Translations under genes and position numbers: made by a program
Source of the DNA: an uncultured Thiohalobacter sp.
GTDB taxonomy: Bacteria; Pseudomonadota; Gammaproteobacteria; DSM-19610
Reading direction: 5' to 3'
DNA: 41,552 nt
Assembly (NCBI GenBank): GCA_964625255.1
Contig: CAZVBD010000003.1
Location: forward strand, 1-41,552
Shown here: positions 28,915-38,767 of the stretch, one piece after another
Numbering within the stretch: the first letter of the stretch is position 1
Layout of the letters: each line of letters starts with the position of its first letter
The notes under the pieces: generated by a model
Told to the model about the DNA's origin: nothing
Seen by the model: only the letters and a program-made list of their open reading frames with translations
Databases searched by the model: none

Positions 28915-29361
28915 TTATTCGGCTTCGACGATCAGCGTAATTTCGGAATTAACGTCGCTGTGCAGATGCAACTGCACCTTGTACTCACCAACGTTTCGAA
29001 ATGCACCTTCCGGCAACCGCACTTCACTGCGCTCGATTTCAACGCCGGCGGCAACAATGGCTTCAGCAATATCAATGGCACCGACAGAACCGAACAGCTT
29101 GCCTTCCTCACCGGCTTTCGCCGCGATCGTGATGGTCATATCCATCAGCTTTTCGAGGCGGGCCTCAGCAACCGCCAGTGATTCGGCAGCGGCTTTTTCC
29201 AGCTCGGCACGACGTTCTTCGAAGGCCTTGATATGTTCCTCGGTGGCCGGAGTCGCCTTGCCACTCGGGATCAGGAAATTACGCCCGTAGCCCGATTTGA
29301 CGTTGACCCGGTCGCCCAGATTGCCCAGATTTTCAACTTTTTCCAGCAGAATGACTTCCAT
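28915..29361 (-). CDS. rplI: 50S ribosomal protein L9
   Basis: [32 protein letters not shown]...GKLFGSV. Confidence 0.99.
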   Translation of the reverse strand: MEVILLEKVENLGNLGDRVNVKSGYGRNFLIPSGKATPATEEHIKAFEERRAELEKAAAESLAVAEARLEKLMDMTITIAAKAGEEGKLFGSVGAIDIAEAIVAAGVEIERSEVRLPEGAFRNVGEYKVQLHLHSDVNSEITLIVEAE

Positions 29362-29421
29362 CGTTCGACCCTACCCTATGCATACAGCTTCATGTTTTTG
29401 ATAAATTAAATTTCGATAAAT

Positions 29422-30357
29422 TCAGTCTTGACCCGATGTACTCCTGTCGGTGCGACGACGCGGATCCAGCCAGGGATCCAGCATGCCCAGTGCGACAAGT
29501 AACTGTGGCACAAACAAGGCCACGATATACACCAAAACCAGCCAGGCAAACCCGGCTTTCAGATTGTTCAGGGTTGCATGTGCAACCGCCAACCCGACAA
29601 ACATAAACGGCACCATAACGACCAGCGCCCATTGCAGGGACAGTGTGCTGACAATCCCCAGATCCAGAGACGCCAGCGCAAAAATCAGAATCCCCGCCAG
29701 TGACAAACTGCGATTAATGTGCAAGGCATAAAATTCTGCCCGGACCGCACCCGGTCGTTCCAGTACCACGGCCTGCCACCAGCGTCCCAATGTCAGGCAC
29801 AGCAGGGCATTCATCAGCAACCCTGCCGAAATCGACCCGGCCAGCACCGGCGCAATGCGATCAGCCAGATCAGACAACTGTTTGAACTGCTCTCGCAACT
29901 CGGGCTGCGCTGCAATAGCCGCTTCAAGCTGCTTGCTGACATAGCCCGGCCACCACTGCACCGGGTCACCCGCCACAATATAGACCAGCACAACACCGAG
30001 CATACCCAGCAGCGAGAGCACCAGCATCGCCATGGCCAGTGATCGTGTCTCGCGCAACACCACGCTGGCCAGCCAGACCGGTACCCACAGTACCAGCAGA
30101 ATAACCATGATACCGATCAAGGCTTGCTGCCCGGCGACAAAGCTGGTCAGCAGTGCCACCAGAGCCGACGAAGCCAGCAGTACAATGGCACCGGATTTCG
30201 CACCCACCTGCAAACTGTTCAGTGCCAGTGCTGCCGCTGCCACATAGCCCAGTATGGACGTTACCGGCGGCATCAAAAAACTCAGCACGGTACAAAGCGC
30301 GACAACCAGTACCGCCTGATACGGGCCTGCAACGACCAGTCTGCCAAGCGCGCGCAC
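29422..30357 (-). CDS. DUF2232/YybS-type membrane protein
   Basis: Multi-TM protein with LGRWWQA and C-terminal LG.LDPWLD.RRR. Typical location between rpsR and rplI. Confidence 0.75.
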   Translation of the reverse strand: MRALGRLVVAGPYQAVLVVALCTVLSFLMPPVTSILGYVAAAALALNSLQVGAKSGAIVLLASSALVALLTSFVAGQQALIGIMVILLVLWVPVWLASVVLRETRSLAMAMLVLSLLGMLGVVLVYIVAGDPVQWWPGYVSKQLEAAIAAQPELREQFKQLSDLADRIAPVLAGSISAGLLMNALLCLTLGRWWQAVVLERPGAVRAEFYALHINRSLSLAGILIFALASLDLGIVSTLSLQWALVVMVPFMFVGLAVAHATLNNLKAGFAWLVLVYIVALFVPQLLVALGMLDPWLDPRRRTDRSTSGQD

Positions 30358-30396
30358 TACAACGCACCTGCGCAGGTGGCCACAGGCCTCATACGA

Positions 30397-30627
30397 TTAT
30401 CCCTTGTGGGAATCGCAGTACGGCAACAGCGCCAGGAAACGTGCGCGCTTGATGGCCGTGGCCAACTGTCGCTGGTACTTGGCCTTGGTACCGGTAATGC
30501 GACTCGGCACAATCTTGCCGGTTTCCGACACGTAGTTCTTCAGTGTCTGAAGATCCTTGTAATCAATTTCTTTTACACCATCTGCGGTGAAACGGCAGAA
30601 TTTACGGCGACGAAAAAAACGGGACAT
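30397..30627 (-). CDS. rpsR: 30S ribosomal protein S18
   Basis: RRRKFCRF...IDYKD...[11 protein letters not shown]...[13 protein letters not shown]. Confidence 0.99.
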   Translation of the reverse strand: MSRFFRRRKFCRFTADGVKEIDYKDLQTLKNYVSETGKIVPSRITGTKAKYQRQLATAIKRARFLALLPYCDSHKG

Positions 30628-30690
30628 ATGCTTGACCTCTGGTTAGCCGTTAACCTGAACGGCTGATTTCCCAATACGTGGTGTGCGACT

Positions 30691-31179
30691 TCAGTCAGTC
30701 GTACTGCTGGCAGCTTCTGACGCATCGGCGTCACCTGCTTCCGGTGCTGTCTCAGCAGCTGGCACATCGCTGACCGGTGCTTCACTGACCGGCTCATCAG
30801 CGGATGGCTCATCTTTGGCCGGTGCATCAGCAACCGGGCGCGGCCGTTCTTCACGATCATCGCTGCGCTTGACCAGCAACGATGGATCAGTAACGGCTTC
30901 CTTGCGTACGATGATCAGGTTACGCAGCACGGCATCGTTGAAACGGAAAGCGCTTTCCAGCTCTTTCAGTTCTTCAGTGCCGCACTCGACGTTCATCAGC
31001 ACATAGTGGGCCTTGGCCAGTTTCTGAATGGGATAGGCAAGCTGACGGCGACCCCAGTCTTCCAGGCGGTGAATCTTGCCGCCGCCGGATTCGATGGTCG
31101 AGCGGTAACGTTCGATCATCGCGGGCACCTGCTCGCTCTGGTCCGGATGGACCAGGAACACAATTTCATAATGACGCAT
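30691..31179 (-). CDS. rpsF: 30S ribosomal protein S6 with long acidic tail
   Basis: [25 protein letters not shown]...[12 protein letters not shown]. Confidence 0.99.
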   Translation of the reverse strand: MRHYEIVFLVHPDQSEQVPAMIERYRSTIESGGGKIHRLEDWGRRQLAYPIQKLAKAHYVLMNVECGTEELKELESAFRFNDAVLRNLIIVRKEAVTDPSLLVKRSDDREERPRPVADAPAKDEPSADEPVSEAPVSDVPAAETAPEAGDADASEAASSTTD

Positions 31180-31185
31180 GTAATG

Positions 31186-31232
31186 CTCCTTACGGATTAT
31201 AAGCCTTCCGCCTTATTGCGAAAAGCAAGGAG
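31186..31232 (-). promoter_or_regulatory. S6:S18 autoregulatory leader of rpsF
   Basis: Minus strand CTCCTTGC...GGCTTATAATCCGTAAGGAG: anti-SD/SD stem with internal-loop CCG, as in the gammaproteobacterial rpsF leader. Confidence 0.8.
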
Positions 31233-31260
31233 TACGCGCTAAGCGCGCGAAAGCGGAGGC

Positions 31261-31289
31261 ATTCTACGTGACAGGCGGGTAGTCTGCAA
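31261..31289 (-). promoter_or_regulatory. sigma70 promoter of the rpsF operon
   Basis: TTGCAG-N17-TAGAAT followed by a GC-rich discriminator. Confidence 0.65.
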
Positions 31290-31309
31290 GATGGCCGCGC
31301 TAATCTGGT

Positions 31310-31373
31310 GTTTCAATGGGGTCAGACTCGATTGATTTTGATAAAAATCAATCGAGTCTGACCCCATTGAAAC
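31310..31373. repeat. perfect palindrome with 30-bp arms (REP/REPIN-like, GGGGTCAGA type)
   Basis: GTTTCAATGGGGTCAGACTCGATTGATTTT-GATA-AAAATCAATCGAGTCTGACCCCATTGAAAC; overlaps the rlmB 3' end. Confidence 0.85.
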
Positions 31374-32106
31374 GTTGACGTTGTGCTTCGAACAGACAAA
31401 TACCCGTGGCAACCGAAACATTGAGACTACTGACCGAGCCAGCCAGCGGGATGGACATCAGGCCATCACAGTGTTCACGGGTCAGACGCCGTAGTCCTTT
31501 GCCCTCACCACCCAGCACCAGCGCCAGCGGCCCGCTCAGGTCGGTGTCGTAAAGTGAGGTTTCCGCTTCACCGGCAGCGCCATAAATCCACACACCGGCA
31601 TCGCGCACGGCTCGCAGGGTGCGGGCCAGGTTAGTTACCCTTACGACTGGTATGGTTTCTGCGGCGCCACAGGCCACCTTGCGTACGGTGGCATTAAGCG
31701 GCGCTGACTTGTCCCTGGGAATAATAACGGCATCGACACCCGCCGCATCGGCGCTGCGCAGGCAGGCGCCGAGATTATGCGGATCCTGCACGCTATCAAG
31801 AATAAGAAGAAACGGCGGTCGATCCAGTGCCTCGATGAAAGCCGGCAAGTCATGCTCTCCCAGACCCGGCGCACCACCGGTTTCCGCCAGTACACCCTGG
31901 TGGGTGACACCGGGGACACGTTCGTCCAGTTCCTGACGTGCGACACGCCGCACCGGCACATTGGCTTTGTCAGCTAATGACAGCACCTCATCCATCCGGG
32001 CATCACTGCGCGTCTCCAGTGCCAGCAACAGTGAGACACGTGCCGGGTTACGTTCCAGCAAGCTGCGTACCGCGTGTAACCCGAAAACGCGCCCGGTTTG
32101 TTTCAT
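31348..32106 (-). CDS. rlmB: 23S rRNA (Gm2251) 2'-O-methyltransferase
   Basis: FGLHAV, HQGV, LDSVQDPHNLGACLRSADAAG, GGEGKGLRRLTRE, SLNVSVA. Confidence 0.97.
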   Translation of the reverse strand: MKQTGRVFGLHAVRSLLERNPARVSLLLALETRSDARMDEVLSLADKANVPVRRVARQELDERVPGVTHQGVLAETGGAPGLGEHDLPAFIEALDRPPFLLILDSVQDPHNLGACLRSADAAGVDAVIIPRDKSAPLNATVRKVACGAAETIPVVRVTNLARTLRAVRDAGVWIYGAAGEAETSLYDTDLSGPLALVLGGEGKGLRRLTREHCDGLMSIPLAGSVSSLNVSVATGICLFEAQRQRFNGVRLD

Positions 32107-32126
32107 CGGTTATTTATCCACCATGC

Positions 32127-32807
32127 TCAGTGTCCGTGCGAATGTTCTGCCGGAGCATCAGAGGCCACCGGACGCACCAGTATCTCGACACGCCGGTTTA
32201 ACTGCCGCCCTGCTTCTGTTGCATTGGTCGCGCGCGGTTGAGTTTCACCACGTCCAACGGCATTCAAACGGTATGCTGCGACACCGTGATCGATCAGATA
32301 ATCCATCACACTGCGCGCACGACGCTCGGAAAGGCTGTGATTGTATGCCTCTGAACCAATGTTGTCTGTATGGCCAATCACCGTCACCATCGTTTTCGGG
32401 TAGCGAGCGAGAATACCGGCTACCTTGTTAAGGGTTGGGCGAAACGCCGGCTTCAGGTTGGCACTGTTGAAATCAAACGACACTTCGCTGGAGACATCAA
32501 TCTTGAGACTCTCATCCTGCAAACGCTGGATCTCAAGATCATTGCGGCGCTGTTCATCCGCAAGCTCTGCTTCGAAGGCACGCTGTTGTTCATCCATATA
32601 GTTGCCGGTGGCGCCGCCGGCAATGCCGCCAATGACAGCACCCGCCAGTGCTCCCCGCTTGCCACCGCTGATCTGTTTGCCGATTACCGCACCGGCAATA
32701 GCACCGACTGCGGCACCCGTTTTAGCACGGCGATTGGGATCATCAGCCGCACAGGCGGCCAACGCCAGCACCAGGACTGCCATCACCAAATTACGAATCT
32801 GTTGCAT
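32127..32807 (-). CDS. OmpA-family lipoprotein with glycine zipper (YiaD-like)
   Basis: Lipobox LAAC, GAAVGAIAGAVIG zipper, GHTDNIGS..YN..LSERRA, NRRVEI. Start ATG 32807. Confidence 0.9.
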   Translation of the reverse strand: MQQIRNLVMAVLVLALAACAADDPNRRAKTGAAVGAIAGAVIGKQISGGKRGALAGAVIGGIAGGATGNYMDEQQRAFEAELADEQRRNDLEIQRLQDESLKIDVSSEVSFDFNSANLKPAFRPTLNKVAGILARYPKTMVTVIGHTDNIGSEAYNHSLSERRARSVMDYLIDHGVAAYRLNAVGRGETQPRATNATEAGRQLNRRVEILVRPVASDAPAEHSHGH

Positions 32808-35277
32808 TTCCTTTACTCCTGCCTGAACTACGCTTCCTACGACCACCGCGCCGGCGTTTTGGTTTCTTCTTTTTAGCATCACCGTCGCTTTTATCTGGCG
32901 AGTCACCGGTTTTCTTCCGGTTCTCAGATTTAGTATCAGCTTTCGCCTTGGTCTTGCCCTCATCCCTGCTTTTGTTTTTATTCCTGTTTTTGTCCTTGTT
33001 CTTGCGCCTGGACTTACTCTTGCTGCGAGGCTTGTTATCACCCTCAGGCTTACCTGGTAGCTCGAAATCCATCTTGCGTTCATCGAGATCAACGCGCACG
33101 ACGCGTACGCTTACTTCATCGCCAAGACGATAAGTATTACCTGTACGCTCACCGCGCAATCGATGACCGGCTGGATCGAAGTGATAGTAATCATTGTGCA
33201 ACGCCGTAATGTGCACCAGCCCTTCTACATAAATATCCTTCAGTTCGACAAAAATACCGAACGAGGTCACGCTGGTGACAATACCGTCATACTCCATGCC
33301 GACCTTGTCCAGCATGTACTCACATTTCAACCAGTCGACCGCGTCGCGCGTCGCATCATCGGCACGCCGCTCGGTCGTTGAGCAATACTCGCCAATCGCG
33401 GCCATGTCAGTGTCGCTGTAACTGAACGACGCGGCACTACCGGCCTTGCCGAGCTTCTTGCCCTGCTTCTTGTAACGCGCTTCGGTACGTAAATGATGAC
33501 GAATGGCGCGATGAACCAGCAAATCCGGGTAACGACGGATCGGCGAAGTGAAGTGCAGATACTCATCCTGCGACAGGCCGAAGTGGCCGATATTCTCCGG
33601 GCTGTAACGCGCCTGTGACAGTGAACGCAGCATAACCGTCTGAATTAAATGAGCATCCGGGCGCTTCTGGATCTTTTTAAGGAGTTTTGAAAATTCGGCG
33701 GCCGGCGGCTTGTCCCCGCCATCAAGGGACAGTCCCAGCTCGGAAAGAAACTCACGCAGATCGGCCAGCTTGTTGGCCTGTGGTCCTTCGTGTACCCGGT
33801 ACAGGGTCGGCAACTTGTGGCGGTTGAGAAAACGCGCCGTACAGACATTGGCCGCAATCATGCACTCTTCAATGATCTTGTGCGCGTCGTTACGCACCAC
33901 CGGTATAATCTTTTCGATCTTGCGATCTTCACCGAATACGATGCGTGTTTCCGTCGTCTCGAAGTCGATGGCACCACGTTTTTCGCGCTGTTTACGGAAC
34001 ACCTTATACAAACGATACAATTCTTCGAGCGGTTTGATCAGTGCTTTGTACTTTGCACGAACCGCAGGTTCCTTATCCACCAGCACGGCCGCGACTTCAT
34101 CGTAGGTCAAACGCGCATGTGAACGCATCAACCCTTCCATATAGCGCGAACGGATCATCTTGCCTTCTGCATCGATATACATCTCGCATACCATACACAG
34201 GCGGTCGACATCCGGATTCAGGGAACACAGCCCGTTGGACAGGATTTCCGGTAACATCGGGATAACGCGCTCAGGGAAATACACCGAGTTACCACGCTGC
34301 TCGGCTTCGGTATCCAGCGCGGTACCTTTCTTGACGTAGTGCGATACATCAGCAATGGCAACCAGCAGACGCCAGCCCTTGGGGGTCTTGCTACAGAAGA
34401 CTGCGTCATCAAAATCACGCGAGTCGGCCCCGTCTATCGTGACCAGTGGCGTATCCCGCAGATCAACACGCTCGCGCTTTGCGGCCGGTGCGACCTTGTC
34501 AGCCAAACCCTGAATTTCATTTTCGACAGCGTCGGGCCATTCCAGTGGCAACTCGTGCGCACGAATCGCCACATCGATTTCCATGCCCGGCGCCATGTGA
34601 TCACCGATAACTTCCACCACACGGCCAACTGGCCCGGAACGCTTGCTCGGCTGCTCAATGAGTTCCACCGTGACAAACTGGCCGTGGCGCGCACCGCCAA
34701 CCTGATCCGGCGGTATGCGGATATCGTGTGTCAGGCGCTTGTGGTCCGGCACGACATGACTGATACCGTTTTCAAAATAGATGCGCCCAACCACCCGGTG
34801 TGTACACCGTTCCAGCACCTCGACGATAGCGCCCTCGCGACGCCCGCGCCGGTCGATGCCGGTCACACGCGCGACAACCCGGTCACGGTGCATCACACCG
34901 CGCATCTGGCGTGGTGACAGGAACAGGTCATCACCCCCTTCTTCCGGCACCAGAAACCCGAAACCGTCAGGGTGCGCAATGATGCGTCCGCGCACCATAT
35001 CCATTTTATTAATCAGTCCGTAACCGCCTTTGCGGTTACACAACACCTGCCCATCCCGCTCCATGGCACGCAACCGGCGGCGTAATGCTTCCAGATCTTC
35101 CTCGCTGGACAGCCCGAAGGACGCGGCAATTTCCTCGCGCGTCATCAGCCGCCCAGCCTCTTCGAGCCGCGATATAATGAACTCGCGACTGGGAATCGGA
35201 CTGCTGTATTTGGAGGCTTCGCGCTCGGCGAAAGGATCATTTGATGAGGTTTTCTTGCTATTGCGTCGTTTTTTCAT
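32791..35277 (-). CDS. rnr: ribonuclease R
   Basis: HPDGFGF, TIDGADSRDFDDA, HFTSPIRRYPDL, S1 domain, basic C-terminal tail. Confidence 0.98.
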   Translation of the reverse strand: MKKRRNSKKTSSNDPFAEREASKYSSPIPSREFIISRLEEAGRLMTREEIAASFGLSSEEDLEALRRRLRAMERDGQVLCNRKGGYGLINKMDMVRGRIIAHPDGFGFLVPEEGGDDLFLSPRQMRGVMHRDRVVARVTGIDRRGRREGAIVEVLERCTHRVVGRIYFENGISHVVPDHKRLTHDIRIPPDQVGGARHGQFVTVELIEQPSKRSGPVGRVVEVIGDHMAPGMEIDVAIRAHELPLEWPDAVENEIQGLADKVAPAAKRERVDLRDTPLVTIDGADSRDFDDAVFCSKTPKGWRLLVAIADVSHYVKKGTALDTEAEQRGNSVYFPERVIPMLPEILSNGLCSLNPDVDRLCMVCEMYIDAEGKMIRSRYMEGLMRSHARLTYDEVAAVLVDKEPAVRAKYKALIKPLEELYRLYKVFRKQREKRGAIDFETTETRIVFGEDRKIEKIIPVVRNDAHKIIEECMIAANVCTARFLNRHKLPTLYRVHEGPQANKLADLREFLSELGLSLDGGDKPPAAEFSKLLKKIQKRPDAHLIQTVMLRSLSQARYSPENIGHFGLSQDEYLHFTSPIRRYPDLLVHRAIRHHLRTEARYKKQGKKLGKAGSAASFSYSDTDMAAIGEYCSTTERRADDATRDAVDWLKCEYMLDKVGMEYDGIVTSVTSFGIFVELKDIYVEGLVHITALHNDYYHFDPAGHRLRGERTGNTYRLGDEVSVRVVRVDLDERKMDFELPGKPEGDNKPRSKSKSRRKNKDKNRNKNKSRDEGKTKAKADTKSENRKKTGDSPDKSDGDAKKKKPKRRRGGRRKRSSGRSKGNATDS

Positions 35278-35346
35278 GGCGGCATGCTAACCAGTTTGGC
35301 GGACAAAGGAAAATTTGCGGGTTGCGTCTCACCAGTATAGGCGCCA

Positions 35347-35375
35347 TTGACAACCCCGATAACCGGCGGTAAAGT
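35347..35375 (+). promoter_or_regulatory. sigma70 promoter of tRNA-Leu
   Basis: TTGACA-N17-TAAAGT followed by discriminator GCGCGCC. Confidence 0.8.
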
Positions 35376-35414
35376 GCGCGCCTCCCGATATTCGGTAACC
35401 ACCGATTCAGTACT

Positions 35415-35501
35415 GCCGAGGTGGTGAAATTGGTAGACACGCTAGCTTCAGGTGCTAGTGGGGGCAACCCCGTGGAGGTTCAAGTCCTCTCCTCGGCACC
35501 A
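35415..35501 (+). tRNA. tRNA-Leu (CAG)
   Basis: GCCGAGG/CCTCGGC acceptor stem, anticodon arm CTAGC-TTCAGGT-GCTAG, long variable arm, GGTTCAAGTCC, encoded CCA. Confidence 0.97.
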
Positions 35502-35654
35502 AATTCCAGCACCATCACAGAGCAGCAGGAACCACGCCGCCTGACCGACGACGAGGAATGTGCACACAGCCAGATACTGGAACCGTAACGCGTTGTTTTA
35601 CTTGGTTGATGCCGAACTTTCAAGACAACCCCTGGCCGCCCTTGTCAGTATTTT

Positions 35655-36527
35655 TTAGTCCCGGTACTCAAATGAGGCTTCGATGATCTTCCCCTTCCAG
35701 AACGGCCACCTTCCTTCGGGCAGGAGCCAGCCGACTTCCCCCTCCGTCGGAATTTTTATACCGTCAAACACTTGGTAGTTCGTAAAAAAGCCTTCCCAGG
35801 GATACTGGACGTATTGACCACCAAACCGGCCAAAGCGATCCGGAGTATAGATCCCCGTGACCTCACCCAGATTATTGAATCTGAACTCAAGCGAGACGGA
35901 AACGCTCCCTGCTGTTAAATGTGCGACAGCTCTACTCTCATCAAGCGCCTCCCATTTTACCCCGGATTGAGGCAAAAGGGCGGTTGGATGCCAGACAGCT
36001 TCGGCCAGGTAGCGGTAGAGAGCACCTGAATTCAGTTCGGGTCTGTTTTTATCGCTGGCGATAGAAATTGCTGACATCAGAGAGAGGTTTCCTGCCCCGA
36101 CACCATCGAGAAATGAGTCACTGATACGCACATGCAAAAAAGGGGCAATGTCGATTTTTGCATCCCAGACAAAACCCACCGGGATTTCTGACACAAGGCA
36201 TGATGCCTTGAAACGAGACCAGCCGGTCGATTTTGGATCCAGCCTCAGTTTGCCTGTCTGTCTGAATTTCGCGAGCTTGATGGGCTTTTGGCCACGGGGA
36301 AGCACGTGGCGGAAATATCTCTCAACTGGTTTGGGCAATTCGGATAGTACTGTGAAATCAAATCGTACGTGATCCCGGGTGGCGGATGAGCCAGCCCGTT
36401 GTTTCAAAAGCGCTTCTGTCCTGCTTCTGCTTTGCCTTGACCTGATAGCCAGAAAAATTGCAGTCGATATGACTATCAGCAAAATGCTGACTATTCCCGT
36501 GCCGGGCCATACCGTTATCAGGTCCAT
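35655..36527 (-). CDS. membrane-anchored protein, DUF6544-like
   Basis: N-terminal TM, LPKPVERYF, FVWDA.I, RYLAEAVWHPTALLP, PW.G....Y...G..IP..GEVGW (family recalled, not searched). Confidence 0.6.
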   Translation of the reverse strand: MDLITVWPGTGIVSILLIVISTAIFLAIRSRQSRSRTEALLKQRAGSSATRDHVRFDFTVLSELPKPVERYFRHVLPRGQKPIKLAKFRQTGKLRLDPKSTGWSRFKASCLVSEIPVGFVWDAKIDIAPFLHVRISDSFLDGVGAGNLSLMSAISIASDKNRPELNSGALYRYLAEAVWHPTALLPQSGVKWEALDESRAVAHLTAGSVSVSLEFRFNNLGEVTGIYTPDRFGRFGGQYVQYPWEGFFTNYQVFDGIKIPTEGEVGWLLPEGRWPFWKGKIIEASFEYRD

Positions 36528-36645
36528 AACCTTCAATCTTCGACAGTCGGCAACAATGCCGACAGCATCATGATAAGCGCAAAAACAAAAAATGAAATCC
36601 CCGCCCGCTAGTGACCTTGCCCCGAATAACTGACAAAATGCCGCA

Positions 36646-38088
36646 ATGTTCTTCAGCGAAAACCGTAACCATTTTTTCCGCCCGTTTTTCGGGAAGTACC
36701 GGGAGCAGGTGCTGGAGTGCCTGCGTACGCTCCATGCCCGCCTTTACGGCTCGCTGGCCGATTACAACCGGGCCTTTACCCGCGAGCAGGTACTGGAGGG
36801 CTTTCAGGAAGCCATCACCCGCACGCCGGTGCTGGATGAAGACGAGGACGATTTTTCTGTCCCGGTGCGCAGTGAGCGGGAGCAGGCCAACTGGATTCTG
36901 AATCTGCTGCTGGAACACGGCTGGATCGAGTGCCACGCCGATGAGGCCACCCTGCAGAGCAGTTATGCCTTTAGCCGGGTCGGGCGCCTGTTTACCCAGC
37001 CGATGGTGGAAACCGCCGGCGGTGGATTCCGCACCCGTCACCGCAACACCCGTAATACCCGTAACGCACTGCAATCCTTCCTGGAGCGGGGCGAGGTGTA
37101 CGACCTGCTCGATGCTTACGAATATTCTGAACGCATCATCAGCGATTTCAGCGATGTCATTGCAGAACTCGACGAACGCAAGCGTATGCTGGTGAAGGAA
37201 GTGGAAGCCCGGCAAGTCATCCAGCAGGCCAGTGACGAATTCTTTGACTTCATGGAGAAACGTTTTATACCGGACCTTTCCGTGCGCCTGTCGGCCGACA
37301 GCGTGGAAAAATACCGTGATGAAATCCAGTCACTGATTCGCAAGGCCCGGCGCAAACAAAAGGCCTTCAAGACCCACGCCGAACTCGAACTGCGCAAACT
37401 GGCGCCGGAACTGTTGCAGGATAAAAACACCTCGTTGTACCTGTGGATCCTGGAAAATATCGAGTCGCGCATCCACAGCGCCAGCGATATCATGCTGCCG
37501 GCCCTGCGTAACGCCCTGCACGGCTTTACCCGTCGCGCCGATATCATTATCCGCCAGCTCAGTTACACCCTGGGTGGCGAACAGGGCGATCTGCTCGATC
37601 TCTGCCAGCAACTGGGTCAGCTACCGGAAGAAAAACAGCAAAAAATACTGGATGCCGCCGGAAAGGCCATGGCCACCCTCCGCGTTGGCGTCGTTGATCC
37701 GGGTATACTGCGACTGTTTACCGGGCGGCAACGTCGCGTCGTGAACACAACCACTGAAGAACACGTCCCCATGGACAAAGCCTCACGCCGCGAACTCTTC
37801 ATCCAGCAGTCACTGCAAAAGGCCTTTATAGTGAATAACTGGCAGATGGGGCAGTTTATTCTCACTGCACTCAAGAACGGACACCGCATTCACAGCAACC
37901 AGCTCCCGGTACAAAATGCCAGGGATCTGCTCATGGCGGCACACGCGATCGAAGCAGGTGCCGCCGGGGTGGATTCCAGTGAATTTCATTTCCAGGTACA
38001 ACCCACCGGCCAGCGCGTCCAGACCGATTATTATCACATCACCGATGACTTCATCATTGAGCTTGTAGAACGGAACCATGCTGACTGA
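36646..38088 (+). CDS. jetA: Wadjet JetA / MksF-like kleisin subunit
   Basis: 480 aa, winged-helix-like N-terminus (L..L.EHGWI); first gene before a DUF4194-like gene and an SMC ATPase. Assigned mainly by context. Confidence 0.7.
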   Translation: MFFSENRNHFFRPFFGKYREQVLECLRTLHARLYGSLADYNRAFTREQVLEGFQEAITRTPVLDEDEDDFSVPVRSEREQANWILNLLLEHGWIECHADEATLQSSYAFSRVGRLFTQPMVETAGGGFRTRHRNTRNTRNALQSFLERGEVYDLLDAYEYSERIISDFSDVIAELDERKRMLVKEVEARQVIQQASDEFFDFMEKRFIPDLSVRLSADSVEKYRDEIQSLIRKARRKQKAFKTHAELELRKLAPELLQDKNTSLYLWILENIESRIHSASDIMLPALRNALHGFTRRADIIIRQLSYTLGGEQGDLLDLCQQLGQLPEEKQQKILDAAGKAMATLRVGVVDPGILRLFTGRQRRVVNTTTEEHVPMDKASRRELFIQQSLQKAFIVNNWQMGQFILTALKNGHRIHSNQLPVQNARDLLMAAHAIEAGAAGVDSSEFHFQVQPTGQRVQTDYYHITDDFIIELVERNHAD

Positions 38089-38758
38089 CATACTGAACCA
38101 GGAACTGGAAAAGGAAAACCTCGGCCTCGACGAGTTCCGTGAACTCGTCATCCGGCTGCTTAACTACGGTGTACTGTGCCGGGGGGAAAGCCAGACCGAG
38201 CAGCAGCTCTACGACCGTTACCTGCGCATTGCCGACCTGGTGCAGGACTACCTGGGCATCATGGACATCGCGGTATTTCATGACCCGCGTTTTGAGTACC
38301 TGCGCCTCTACCCGCCGGGCAGCCAGACGCCGGGTATGGAAGAAGCCGAAGTCTCGGCATTTGCCGGCAGTCTGCGCAACAAGCTGAACCAGTCGGAAGT
38401 GGCCATGGTACTGGTGCTGCGCCTCCAGTACGACAAGGCACTGCGTGAAGGCCAGGTGGATGACAGGGGCTATGTCACCGAATCCATCGAGGCCCTGGGG
38501 ATCGCCATGAAAAACATTGTGGCACGCAGCCTGCCGGAAAAACTCACCGAACGAAAACAGTTATTCATCCGCCTGCGCCGCCTGCGGCTGATCGATTTTC
38601 GCAGTGAAGAAGACCTGGTCAGTGGTGAAGCCTGGCTGAAAATCCACCCGATGATCGTTCATTTTGTTAATGACGATGCCGTGCAGGCACTGGCCGCCGC
38701 CACCCCGTCTGATGATGAAACGGCCGGGGAAACTGAAACCGAAGAACTCCAGGATTAA
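38078..38758 (+). CDS. jetB: Wadjet JetB / MksE-like (DUF4194) kite subunit
   Basis: RLLNYGVL.R.ES..E..LYD, LVLRLQYDKALREG, I.P.I; 226 aa between the jetA-like and SMC genes. Confidence 0.78.
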   Translation: MLTDILNQELEKENLGLDEFRELVIRLLNYGVLCRGESQTEQQLYDRYLRIADLVQDYLGIMDIAVFHDPRFEYLRLYPPGSQTPGMEEAEVSAFAGSLRNKLNQSEVAMVLVLRLQYDKALREGQVDDRGYVTESIEALGIAMKNIVARSLPEKLTERKQLFIRLRRLRLIDFRSEEDLVSGEAWLKIHPMIVHFVNDDAVQALAAATPSDDETAGETETEELQD

Positions 38759-38767
38759 CCGCTAAAC

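Noticed and set aside
29397-29423. Short AT-rich direct repeat GATAAATT x2 before rplI
   Set aside because: Two 8-bp copies only; no recognisable function.
32808-33092. N-terminal extension of the OmpA ORF
   Set aside because: Overlaps rnr in another frame; the lipoprotein signal peptide begins at 32807.
35502-35654. Integrase remnant or att site after tRNA-Leu
   Set aside because: No recombinase-like ORF and no duplicate of the tRNA 3' end seen in the window.
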